Source: an uncultured Prevotellaceae bacterium
GTDB lineage: Bacteria; Bacteroidota; Bacteroidia; Bacteroidales; Bacteroidaceae
Length of the DNA: 64,000 bases
Assembly: GCA_947167935.1 (NCBI GenBank)
Contig: CAMVJU010000006.1
Coordinates: 1,750-65,749, forward strand
Reading direction: 5' to 3'
The translations under genes were made by a program, and so were the position numbers. This document shows, piece by piece, positions 37,170-46,253 of the stretch (positions within the stretch are counted from its first letter, which is position 1; every line of letters starts with the position of its first letter). The notes below the pieces were generated by a model. That model did not search any database, was not told the DNA's origin, and worked only from the letters and a program-made list of their open reading frames with translations.

Positions 37170-37213
37170 CCTTCAACCATCAACCATCAACCATCAACCT
37201 TCAACCATCAACC
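37170..37213 (+). repeat. Heptamer tract (ccWtcaa)n, intergenic
   Basis: About six units before the kinase start. Confidence 0.88.
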
Positions 37214-37218
37214 CAAAT

Positions 37219-38886
37219 ATGCTACAGATTCGCTGCAAGAACAACAACGTGACGAAGAGTTTCCCCGAAGGATGCTCGCTGCTCGACGTCTATCAGGAAT
37301 TTGCCGACGACATCCAACTGCCTTATCCCGTCGTATCGGCCAAAGTAAACAACGTGTCGCAAGGCCTGAAGTTCAGGCTCTATCAGAACCGCGATGTGGA
37401 GTTTCTCGATGCCCGTGCAGGGTCAGGACACCGCGTCTACGTGCGCTCGCTCAGCTTTGTGCTCTACAAGGCCACACAGGACGTTTTCCCAGGGTCGAAG
37501 CTCTTCATCGAGCATTCGCTGTCGAGAGGGTATTACTGTAATTTCAAGAAGAAGACAGGCGAGCCGCTGACGGATGACGATGTTGCCGCCATCAAGGCCC
37601 GTATGCAGGAGATTGTCGACCTCGACATGCCCTTCCGCCGCAATGAGGCCACCAATGAGGAGGCCGTGCGCGTCTTTGCCGAGCGAGGCTTTGCAGATAA
37701 GGTGAAGCTGCTGGAGACGAGCGGACAGATTTACAGCGACTACTATATGCTGGGTGACACCGCCGACTACTACTACGGCCCGCTAGTGCCCTCGGCCGGC
37801 TATCTGAAGGTGTGGGATTTGCAGCGCTATCAGGACGGATTGCTGCTGCGCGTGCCCGATTGGAACGACCCGTCGCGTGTGGCTGAGTATGTCGATATGC
37901 CCAAGACCTTCGAAATGTTTGCCGAGAAGACGCGCTGGGACATCATCATGCGCCTCTCGAATGCCGGCGACGTGAACAAGGCCATCCTACGCGGCTATGC
38001 CTCAGAGCTCATACAGGTCAGCGAGGCCCTGCAGGAGAAGAAAATCGTGCAGATAGCCGAGGAGATTGCCCAGAGAATGCCCAAATTGGTCCTCATCACC
38101 GGCCCTTCGTCATCGGGTAAGACCACGTTCTGCAAGCGCCTCTCCGTTCAGCTCTTGGCTTGCGGATTGCGGCCGATGGCATTCTCCACCGACGACTATT
38201 TCGTCAACCGCGTGGACACGCCGAAGCTGCCCAACGGCGACTACGACTTCGACAACATCGAGGCCGTCGACTACAAGCTGCTTGAAGAACACCTCACACG
38301 CCTGATGCAGGGCGAGACGGTGGAGGTGCCTGAATACAACTTCACCACGGGCAAGCGCGAGTACAACGGAAAGAAGCTGAAGCTGCAGCGCGACTCCGTG
38401 CTCATCATGGAGGGCATCCACGCCCTCAACCCCCTGCTGACGAAGAACATACCCAGCGAGGCGAAGTTCAAGATCTACATCTCGGCCTTGACCAGCATCT
38501 CGCTGGACGACCACAACTGGATTCCCGTTCGTGACAACCGTTTGCTGCGTCGTATCATCCGCGACTACAACAAGGGCGCCTTCACGGCACGCGAAACCAT
38601 CAGCCAGTGGAAGAACGTGTGCGAGGCCGAGGACAGGTGGATTTTCCCCTTTCAGGAAACCGCCGACGTGATGTTCAACTCGGCGCTGAACATCGAGTTC
38701 GCCGTGCTCCGTCCTCATGCCGAGATCATCCTCTCAGCCATTCCCAAGAACTGTCCTGAGTACGGCGAGGCACACCGCCTGCTGAAGTTCCTGCACTACT
38801 TCCTGCCCGTCAGCGACAAGGAGATTCCTCCCACCAGCATCATGCGTGAGTTCGTGGGTGGCTCCAGCTTCAAGTACGAGAGATAG
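37219..38886 (+). CDS. Nucleoside (uridine) kinase with ThrRS-like N-terminal domain
   Basis: GPSSSGKTT, DDYF, EGIHALN, RLLRRIIRD. The ORF-track 5' extension is repeat and overlap. Confidence 0.88.
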   Translation: MLQIRCKNNNVTKSFPEGCSLLDVYQEFADDIQLPYPVVSAKVNNVSQGLKFRLYQNRDVEFLDARAGSGHRVYVRSLSFVLYKATQDVFPGSKLFIEHSLSRGYYCNFKKKTGEPLTDDDVAAIKARMQEIVDLDMPFRRNEATNEEAVRVFAERGFADKVKLLETSGQIYSDYYMLGDTADYYYGPLVPSAGYLKVWDLQRYQDGLLLRVPDWNDPSRVAEYVDMPKTFEMFAEKTRWDIIMRLSNAGDVNKAILRGYASELIQVSEALQEKKIVQIAEEIAQRMPKLVLITGPSSSGKTTFCKRLSVQLLACGLRPMAFSTDDYFVNRVDTPKLPNGDYDFDNIEAVDYKLLEEHLTRLMQGETVEVPEYNFTTGKREYNGKKLKLQRDSVLIMEGIHALNPLLTKNIPSEAKFKIYISALTSISLDDHNWIPVRDNRLLRRIIRDYNKGAFTARETISQWKNVCEAEDRWIFPFQETADVMFNSALNIEFAVLRPHAEIILSAIPKNCPEYGEAHRLLKFLHYFLPVSDKEIPPTSIMREFVGGSSFKYER

Positions 38887-38888
38887 GG

Positions 38889-40619
38889 TTACAGCATCAC
38901 TTCCAACAGACGGGGTCCTCTGGTTTCAGCATCAGCAAGCCAGAGGATTCCTTTTTGCAGCTGCTCCAAGTCGGTGGCCACTTGGCGACTGACGCCACAT
39001 TGCTGGCAGATGCCCTCGGCGGTGGTGTGGTGAGCTCCTGCGACAAGGGCAGGATGGGCAGCACTCTGACCGAGGCCTTGCAGGTGGTCAAAGATGGCTC
39101 CGTGACCGTTGTTCAGCAGCAGGATGCGCAGGTTCAGACGTGGAAGGATCGTGTTCCACAGCGCATTCTGGTCGTAGAAGAAACTGAGGTCGCCGATGAC
39201 GCAGAAAATAAGAGGTGAGGGATGGGAGGGGTGAGGAGAGAGAACGGCTGCCGCAAACCCTGCTGCCGTGCTGAGGGAACCCTCAATGCCGTTGGTGCCA
39301 CGATTGCACCATACGGGATGGCCCTTCGCGTAGCGGTTGGCAAGGCGGATGGCGGTGCTGTTGGCGTAATGGACGCTTAGAGGTATGAGGTGAGAGGAGT
39401 GAGGTGAGAGGTGAGAGGTGTGAGGTGAGATAAGTGAGGAGAGCTGCTGCTCCAGCAGACGTACGGCACCCTCCTCGCTGAAGGTCAGAGGGGGATTGTC
39501 GAGCTGTTGGCGGGCATCGCTCAGCAATTGTAGCCATTGGCGGCGGTAGTTGACGGCATGAGGGGAGAGGTGAGGGATGTGAGGTGAGAATTTCGAGTCG
39601 AGTGCCTGCAGGATTGCCTCGGCATCGCCTACAACGAGGCCGCGCAGATTTTGGAAGGTGTCCTCCACCTCGCCCGTCAAGCTGATACGCCAAGTGTGGG
39701 CATCCTCCGCCTCGCGCAAAAAATGCTTCAGCCGCTTGCTCACGATGGCATCGCCTACGTAGAGGATGAAATCAGGAGTAAGAGATGAGAGGTGTGAGGA
39801 GTGAGGAGTGAGCACTTCTTCGAAAGGACTGACGCTGGTGAAGGGCGCAAGGGCCTCGTGCAGCACGATGATATGGCTGAAGAGGTGGTCGATGCCCTCA
39901 TAGTGGAAACGGCGTGGGCTCAGCTGTCCGAATACGATGAGCGGGCGCTTGGCACTCTGCAGGTCGTCGAGGAGCTGCTGCGGCAGACAGCTGTAGTCGG
40001 TGGCTGGTGCATAGCGTCGGATGACACGCTCCTCGGGCAGTGTCTCAACGGTGAAGTCAAATAGCGGCTCGTTCAGCGGCACGTTGATATGCACGCAGGG
40101 GTGGGTGTCGTCAGTAGCCTCGATAAGTGCCTCGTTCACCAGACGGTTGCAATGCCAAGGAAGAGGAGAGAGGTGTGAGGTGAGAGGTGAGTAATGTGAG
40201 GTGAGAGGTGAGAGATCTGGCAGGGTTACCGTTTTCTTCACCCAAGGAGCGAGGGCACCTGGCTGTTGGAGCGTCTGGCCGTCGAGCTGGTCAATCCATT
40301 CGGCGGGACGGTCGGCAGAGACGACGATGAGCGACTGGTGCTGATAATGGGCCTCGGCAACGGCTGGCGCCAGGTTGAGCAACGCCGTACCGCTGGTGAC
40401 ACACACCACCACGGGCTCGTCGGTGGCTTGTGCGATGCCGAGGGCAAAGAAACCCGCCGAACGCTCGTCGGTTATGGGATAGCACGTGATGTCAGGGCAC
40501 TCGTTCAGGTTGTGCACGATGGGTGCATTCCTGCTACCTGGACACACCACAGCGTGTTTCACGCCGTGAGCTACGAGCAAGCTGGTGAGGATGTTGACGC
40601 TGGGCTTATTGGAGAACAT
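38889..40619 (-). CDS. menD: SEPHCHC synthase MenD, with five heptamer insertions
   Basis: PGSRNAP, DERSAGF, TSGTA, ADRP, NRGTNGIEGSLS, GDLSFFYD, NNGHG. Confidence 0.92.
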   Translation of the reverse strand: MFSNKPSVNILTSLLVAHGVKHAVVCPGSRNAPIVHNLNECPDITCYPITDERSAGFFALGIAQATDEPVVVCVTSGTALLNLAPAVAEAHYQHQSLIVVSADRPAEWIDQLDGQTLQQPGALAPWVKKTVTLPDLSPLTSHYSPLTSHLSPLPWHCNRLVNEALIEATDDTHPCVHINVPLNEPLFDFTVETLPEERVIRRYAPATDYSCLPQQLLDDLQSAKRPLIVFGQLSPRRFHYEGIDHLFSHIIVLHEALAPFTSVSPFEEVLTPHSSHLSSLTPDFILYVGDAIVSKRLKHFLREAEDAHTWRISLTGEVEDTFQNLRGLVVGDAEAILQALDSKFSPHIPHLSPHAVNYRRQWLQLLSDARQQLDNPPLTFSEEGAVRLLEQQLSSLISPHTSHLSPHSSHLIPLSVHYANSTAIRLANRYAKGHPVWCNRGTNGIEGSLSTAAGFAAAVLSPHPSHPSPLIFCVIGDLSFFYDQNALWNTILPRLNLRILLLNNGHGAIFDHLQGLGQSAAHPALVAGAHHTTAEGICQQCGVSRQVATDLEQLQKGILWLADAETRGPRLLEVML

Positions 40620-41721
40620 AGGACTGTGACTGCTGGGATGATTGGGTTAATAAAAGGCGGCGCATGGTGTCCATCTTCGCCTCGGTTTCCTGCCACTCCT
40701 GCTGCTCATTGCTCTCACGCAGCAGACCGCCGCCGGCATAGAGGTGGTAGGCGCTATCGGTGATGTGCATGCAGCGGAGGGAGACATATAGATGTGTGAA
40801 GTGTGAAGTGTGAGGTATGAGGTGTGAGGTGGGGTCAACGTTTTCGTTTTCGTCTTCGTTCACATTAAATGGCCCCATGAAGCCGCTGTAGTAGTGGCGA
40901 GGGTGATGCTCGTGGCTGATGATGAAGCGTTGTGCCTCGTCCTTCGGCAGGCCGCACACGGCTGGGGTGGGGTGGAGTGCTTCGAGGAGCTTCCCTATGC
41001 GCGTACATCTCTTATTATCCAAGGAGAAGGTGAAGTCGCTGCGCAGATGCACAAGATGGGCAGCACGCACGGTGCGAGGCCCTTCTTCACAGACGTCATC
41101 GGAGAATCGGCGCAGCACGTCGGCCAGATAGGAGGCCACATAGCGCTGCTCCTGGATGTTCTTTGCCGACCAGCGCAGGTGCTGTCCCTCGTTGTCGGTC
41201 TTGTCGGAACGCAGTCGCATCGTGCCTGCCAGGGCGATGGTGCGCCAACGGTTTTCAGGAAAACTCTCCAACAGAATCTCAGGCGAGGCGGTGAGCCACA
41301 TACCGCTCTGCGGTGTGCTGACCAGTGCCACAAACATGCGGGGATAGAGGCGGCAAGCTTTCTGGAACAGTTCCATCGGCGTGGCCCTGCCGTCGTTGTC
41401 GACGGTGGCGCATCGTGCCAGCACTAGCTTTCGGAACTGTCCGTCGAGGAGTGCCTTGTGGAAGATGGAGAAGTCTTCGTGATAGTGATGGCTGTTAGCT
41501 GTTAGCTTTTGACTATTAGCTGTTAGCTTTTGGCTGTTAGCTGTTTGGGATTGGTTATTGGTAATGAGCACAATAGGCTCTTCCTCAGAAACCATGAAGG
41601 GCGCAATGAGGAACCCCTGCTGATTACCAAGTTCGGCAAAGGAAGGCACAACAACGGCATCTCCCTCTATCATCGTGCAGCTGTCGGCATGCGGCAGACG
41701 GAAGATGGCGAAGCTGTTCAT
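40606..41721 (-). CDS. menF: Isochorismate synthase
   Basis: KLVLAR, ASPE, ALAGT, LHPTPAVCG, YSGFMG, YAGGG; ATGA-coupled start at 41721. Confidence 0.9.
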   Translation of the reverse strand: MNSFAIFRLPHADSCTMIEGDAVVVPSFAELGNQQGFLIAPFMVSEEEPIVLITNNQSQTANSQKLTANSQKLTANSHHYHEDFSIFHKALLDGQFRKLVLARCATVDNDGRATPMELFQKACRLYPRMFVALVSTPQSGMWLTASPEILLESFPENRWRTIALAGTMRLRSDKTDNEGQHLRWSAKNIQEQRYVASYLADVLRRFSDDVCEEGPRTVRAAHLVHLRSDFTFSLDNKRCTRIGKLLEALHPTPAVCGLPKDEAQRFIISHEHHPRHYYSGFMGPFNVNEDENENVDPTSHLIPHTSHFTHLYVSLRCMHITDSAYHLYAGGGLLRESNEQQEWQETEAKMDTMRRLLLTQSSQQSQSYVLQ

Positions 41722-42128
41722 TTGTGATGGATGATGTAGTTGGTGACGCGTACGCTGGAAATCAGCTCTTCGGCGGTGTTGCGGATATCCACCTGCCACA
41801 CATGCAGCGTGGAGCCCTGACTGATCAGACGGGCGTAGGCCGTAACGGTGTCGCCCTCACAGACGGCTTTCACATGGCTGCCGCTCACCTCGATGCCCAC
41901 GCAGGCACAGCCGGGACAGAGCGCCGACGAGCCGACACCTGCCACATTCTCGGCCAATGCCAGGGAGGCACCGCCGCTGAGGAAGCCGAAGGGCTGACGG
42001 TTGCGCTCGTCTACCTTCATACGTGCCATACAAGTATCACCCTCGGGCGTGGAGATAAACTCCATCCCGAGGGCGGTGCTGAGATTAGGTCTCTCGTTGA
42101 TAATCTGATTGATTCCTTCGACGTTCAT
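41718..42128 (-). CDS. menI: Hotdog-fold thioesterase (DHNA-CoA hydrolase-like)
   Basis: QPFGFLSGGASLALAE; first gene of the men cluster. Confidence 0.75.
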   Translation of the reverse strand: MNVEGINQIINERPNLSTALGMEFISTPEGDTCMARMKVDERNRQPFGFLSGGASLALAENVAGVGSSALCPGCACVGIEVSGSHVKAVCEGDTVTAYARLISQGSTLHVWQVDIRNTAEELISSVRVTNYIIHHK

Positions 42129-42139
42129 GGATAGTTAGA

Positions 42140-42195
42140 ATGGCTAGTAAAACTAGTTTTGACTAGTAGAACTAGTTTTAACTGGTAGAACTGGG
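42140..42195. repeat. About 9-bp period tandem repeat (actagt/actgg core)
   Basis: ctagtaaaactagttttgactagtagaactagttttaactggtagaactggg. Confidence 0.7.
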
Positions 42196-42197
42196 AA

Positions 42198-43178
42198 TTA
42201 CTTGAAGAGCGAGTATTCCTTGATGCCCCAAGCCAAGGCACTGGCGCCCAGGACGTCGCGCTCGTGGTCTTCGAGGGCTGATACAAGGAACTTCACGTGC
42301 CCACGGGTGTTATGGAACACGTGTTTCTCGAATTCCTCGCTGGCTGGAATCAGCAGATAATGGCCAGCGCCTGCGATGCCGCCTGTGAAGATGATCGCCT
42401 CAGGGTCGAAGATGGAAGCGTAGCCCGCCATTACAAAACCCAGCATCTTGCCTGTGCGGCGGAATACTTCAATTGCCAAAGCGTCGCCCTGCTTGCAGAA
42501 CTCGTGGATGATCTTCGGCGTCAGACGCTCTGCGCTACGCATGAGTGAGGGCTCGTTGCTTTCATCCATCATCTTACGGGCTGTGGTGACAATGCCCTTG
42601 GCGCCGCAGTAGGCCTCCAGACAGCCTTTCTTGCCGCAGCCGCAGGTACGGCCGTTGGGGACGGCGCAGGCATGGCCTATCTCGCCTGCAAATCCTTCAG
42701 CGCCTAAGTGTGCTTCGCCGTTTGAAAAGATGCAGCTGCCGATGCCGTGTCCCAGCGTCACCACGATGAAGTTGTTCATGCCGTGTGCAGCGCCATAGGT
42801 ATGCTCGCCGAGTGCCGTCACATGTGCGTCGTTGGCCAGAGCCACGGCGATGCCCATGCGGTCGCGCAGCATGGCAGCCATGGGCACTATGCCTTTCCAG
42901 TGCAGGTTGGGCGCGTTCTCAATGCATCCTGTGAGGAAATTGGCACTTGGGGCACTGATGCCCATCGAGCGTATGTATTCGTAGCCGCCGTTTTCCTCGG
43001 CCATCGTCACCACCTTCTCGCTCAGGGCGCTGACGTATTCGGTGGCGGTGGCATAGTCCTGCGTGTTAAGATAGTCACGGGCAATAATGTTGCCACGCAC
43101 GTCGACGATGGCATAGGTGGTGCGTTCGATGCTGATGTCAACGCCAATAACCCGGTTTTTTACAAGCTCCTCTGTCAT
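42198..43178 (-). CDS. ROK family sugar kinase
   Basis: IGVDI, NDA, TLGHGIGS, GEIGH, CGCGKKGCLE. Confidence 0.9.
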   Translation of the reverse strand: MTEELVKNRVIGVDISIERTTYAIVDVRGNIIARDYLNTQDYATATEYVSALSEKVVTMAEENGGYEYIRSMGISAPSANFLTGCIENAPNLHWKGIVPMAAMLRDRMGIAVALANDAHVTALGEHTYGAAHGMNNFIVVTLGHGIGSCIFSNGEAHLGAEGFAGEIGHACAVPNGRTCGCGKKGCLEAYCGAKGIVTTARKMMDESNEPSLMRSAERLTPKIIHEFCKQGDALAIEVFRRTGKMLGFVMAGYASIFDPEAIIFTGGIAGAGHYLLIPASEEFEKHVFHNTRGHVKFLVSALEDHERDVLGASALAWGIKEYSLFK

Positions 43179-43190
43179 GGTCGGCCTAAT

Positions 43191-44171
43191 TTATTTAAAC
43201 AATGAGTATTCTTTCACCTGCCAGGCCAATACACTGGCGCCAAGCACATTCTGCTCCATATCGGTGAGCGTAGAGGTGAGGAACTTTATCTTTCCGCGCA
43301 TGTTGTGGAAGACGTTCTCTTCGAAGGCCTGCTTGGCAGAATCGAAGAGCCAGTGACCAGAGCGCGATACAGTTCCCGTGAAGATGATTGCCTCAGGATT
43401 AGCCACCGACGCGTAGTTGGCAATGCCCATTCCCAATATCTCGCCGGTGCGGCGCATCACCTCGCGGGCCAGCTCGTCGCCTTGCTCGCAAGCCTCGACG
43501 ATGAGCGGCACGGTCAGCATGTCGTAGTAGCGGAGCAGTGAGGGCTTTTCGGTCCTGTTCATCATCTTCTGTGCAGAGAGCACGATGCCCTCCTCGGCGC
43601 AGTAGGTTTCCAGACAGCCTTGTCCGCCGCAGCCGCATTTTCTTCCGTTGGGATTGACACATACATGGCCAATCTCGCCGGCGAACCCCTCGTGTCCTAA
43701 GTGAGGCCGTCCGTTGGAAAAGACGCAGCTGCCCAAACCAGGACCTAAGGTGATGACAATAAAATCGCTCATGCCGTGAGCCTTGCCGAATACCTGCTCG
43801 CCCAGTGCCCTGACGTGTGCGTTGTTGCCAACGGCCACAGCCATTCCCAACTGGTCGCGCAGCATGGATGCCAGGGGTACCTCGCCTTTCCAGGGCAGGC
43901 TGGGAGAGTGCTCGATGCAGCCTTTCACGAAGTTGCCGCTCAACACACCCACGCCTACGGAGCGGATGGTGTCGTAGCCCCCGTTTAATTCCATCAGTTC
44001 GACGAGCTTTTCGGAGAGGAAAGTTACGAATTCGCTGATGTTCGGATGTTCCAAAGTGGGGAACTCATCTTGTGCAATGACATTGCCCCTAACGTCAACA
44101 ATGGCATAGGACGTCGCATCTAATCCGATGTTGACTCCTACGACACGTCTTTTGGATGTATGTTGAAACAT
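43191..44171 (-). CDS. ROK family protein (paralog)
   Basis: GVNIG, NNA, TLGPGLGS, GEIGH, CGCGGQGCLE; start likely 44171. Confidence 0.88.
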   Translation of the reverse strand: MFQHTSKRRVVGVNIGLDATSYAIVDVRGNVIAQDEFPTLEHPNISEFVTFLSEKLVELMELNGGYDTIRSVGVGVLSGNFVKGCIEHSPSLPWKGEVPLASMLRDQLGMAVAVGNNAHVRALGEQVFGKAHGMSDFIVITLGPGLGSCVFSNGRPHLGHEGFAGEIGHVCVNPNGRKCGCGGQGCLETYCAEEGIVLSAQKMMNRTEKPSLLRYYDMLTVPLIVEACEQGDELAREVMRRTGEILGMGIANYASVANPEAIIFTGTVSRSGHWLFDSAKQAFEENVFHNMRGKIKFLTSTLTDMEQNVLGASVLAWQVKEYSLFK

Positions 44172-44347
44172 AGCTTTATTAAATCGGTTAGTCTTTCTAT
44201 TGCAGGGCAAAAGTAGCAATATTTTTCATTCTTGCCAAAAGATTTCCCGTTTTTTTTGCTGATGTCAACATTATTTCTTAATTTTGCCAGCGAAATAAGA
44301 GATTTTTATCATTCATTTTATAATCAAAAACCAAAAAACACAAGCGT

Positions 44348-44728
44348 ATGAAAAAGTTAATGATTGCACTCATGGCCATTGTTGCCATGACATTGATGTC
44401 GAGCTGTGGAAACTCAAACTTGAGTGACGACCCGAAGGAAATGGTAAGTCAGTTGGGCGAGAACCTGAAGGCCGGCGACGGCAACAAGTTCGTAACCATG
44501 CTGGGCGATGTAAAGACGAAGGCCGTCAGCTTCCTCAAGGACAATCCAGGCAAGGCTAAGGAGTACCTGCAGGCCGCACAGAAGTTCCTAGTGGACAACA
44601 AGGACAAGGTGGCTGAGGTGATTGGCAAGATTTCTGATAGCGAGCTCGCCAAGAAGGCTCAGAGTCTCGTCAGCGACATGAGCAGTCAGGACGTTGGCAA
44701 ACTGCTCGACAATATTCCCGGACTTTGA
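44348..44728 (+). CDS. Small helical lipoprotein
   Basis: MSSC lipobox; -7 box taattttg at 44279-44286. Confidence 0.75.
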   Translation: MKKLMIALMAIVAMTLMSSCGNSNLSDDPKEMVSQLGENLKAGDGNKFVTMLGDVKTKAVSFLKDNPGKAKEYLQAAQKFLVDNKDKVAEVIGKISDSELAKKAQSLVSDMSSQDVGKLLDNIPGL

Positions 44729-44734
44729 TTTGAT

Positions 44735-45181
44735 ATGAAGAAATTGTTTCTGGCACTTGTTGCCGCCTCCACACTCTACCTTACGGGCTGCTCCTCCTGC
44801 TTAGGCACTACGCCTACGCCGGGCGAGGCAGCGCCGCAGGCAGAGGCTCCTGAAAACACACAGTCGATGGTTGTCACGCTTGACTCATTGCTCAAGGCTG
44901 GCGACGGTGCACAGTTTTACGCTATCCTCGCTAATGTGGCAGAGAAGATGATGGAGGTGACCGATACGGCCCAAGCTGCAGCCTACCTGATGGAATTGCA
45001 GTCCTACTTGACTACCAATCAGGAACAAATCGAGACACTCATCAAGAATACCTCTGACGCAGTGGCCAAGCAGGAGATGCCAGGGCTTGTGTCTTTCTTC
45101 AGCGACATCGACATGCTGCAGAGTGTCTACGGCTTTGTCCAGCCTTCTGTCGATATGGCCGCAACCAATGAAAATGAATAA
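44735..45181 (+). CDS. Small lipoprotein, likely paralog of the upstream gene
   Basis: LTGC lipobox; shares LKAGDG..F and A..YL...Q..L..N pattern. Confidence 0.7.
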   Translation: MKKLFLALVAASTLYLTGCSSCLGTTPTPGEAAPQAEAPENTQSMVVTLDSLLKAGDGAQFYAILANVAEKMMEVTDTAQAAAYLMELQSYLTTNQEQIETLIKNTSDAVAKQEMPGLVSFFSDIDMLQSVYGFVQPSVDMAATNENE

Positions 45182-45193
45182 TCTACTGAATAG

Positions 45194-45231
45194 CAACGGG
45201 ACATGCGCACATGGCGTGTGCCCCGTTTTTT
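45194..45231 (+). terminator. Hairpin with T-run after the lipoprotein pair
   Basis: aacgggacatgcgc...ggcgtgtgccccgtttttt. Confidence 0.55.
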
Positions 45232-45255
45232 CATAACCACCAAAAACTATTGTCT

Positions 45256-46245
45256 ATGAAGAGAAAACTACTCACTCTGCTGGCTCTTGCTCTCAGTGCC
45301 AATGTTTTTAGTGCCATCGACCCTAACACTGTTGAGGTAAAGTTCGACGGCAATACAGCTACTGTCACTATGGCTGAAAACATCAAGGCCTATGTAGCCG
45401 TGGCCAGCGGCACTTCGTCGCATGTGAAGCTATTGCAGGCCGAGAGCTTTGCGGGTGTAGATGCCACTGCTGACAACGAGGACGGAGAAATAATCTATGT
45501 TCTCTCCGGTACATCTAGTGATGGCGAGTTCTATCTTGAGGGAGCCTTCAAGTGCAGTGTGGAGCTCAACGGGCTGACACTTACCAATCCTTCAGGTCCT
45601 GCCATCAACCTGCAGAATGGCAAACGCTGTTCCGTCACTGCCAAGAAAGGTACCACCAGCACCCTTGTCGATGGTGTCAACGAGGACTTTAACGGCTGCT
45701 ATCACTGTAAGGGTCATACCAAGTTCAAGGGTAAGGGTGTCCTCAACGTGACGGGTAATTCGAAGCACGCCATCTACAGCAAGGAATATTTAGAGATAAA
45801 GAATCTTACGCTGAATATCACCAGTTCAGTAAAGGATGCCATTCACTGCAAGGAGTATTTCCTAATGGAAAGCGGCACCGTGACTATCAATAGTGCTGGC
45901 GACGACGGCATACAGGTGGAGTTGGCCAACGACCCCGTCACGGGTATCATCGCTGACCATGAGGACGAGAATACGGGCAATTTCTATATGGAGGGCGGTA
46001 CGCTGACCATCAACAACTATGCCGATAAGGCAGTGAAAGCTGACGGTGAGTTAAAAATAACCGGTGGTAAGCGTGTGTTCAATGAGAACGACATGCTGGC
46101 CCATGCCGGTATCGCCGATCAATGGGCCGACGCCGCTGCCGCTTCGTTCTATGACCTGAATGGACGTCGTATCAGTCAGCCGCAGTTACGCGGCATCTAC
46201 ATCGAGCGTCGTGGCGACAAGACCATTAAGCGGATTGTCCGTTAG
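45256..46245 (+). CDS. Cthe_2159/DUF4353-like carbohydrate-binding beta-helix protein with T9SS-like tail
   Basis: Signal peptide; LNGLTLTN, DAIH, DDGIQ; YDLNGRRI..GIYI..K tail. Confidence 0.78.
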   Translation: MKRKLLTLLALALSANVFSAIDPNTVEVKFDGNTATVTMAENIKAYVAVASGTSSHVKLLQAESFAGVDATADNEDGEIIYVLSGTSSDGEFYLEGAFKCSVELNGLTLTNPSGPAINLQNGKRCSVTAKKGTTSTLVDGVNEDFNGCYHCKGHTKFKGKGVLNVTGNSKHAIYSKEYLEIKNLTLNITSSVKDAIHCKEYFLMESGTVTINSAGDDGIQVELANDPVTGIIADHEDENTGNFYMEGGTLTINNYADKAVKADGELKITGGKRVFNENDMLAHAGIADQWADAAAASFYDLNGRRISQPQLRGIYIERRGDKTIKRIVR

Positions 46246-46253
46246 CGCTAATC

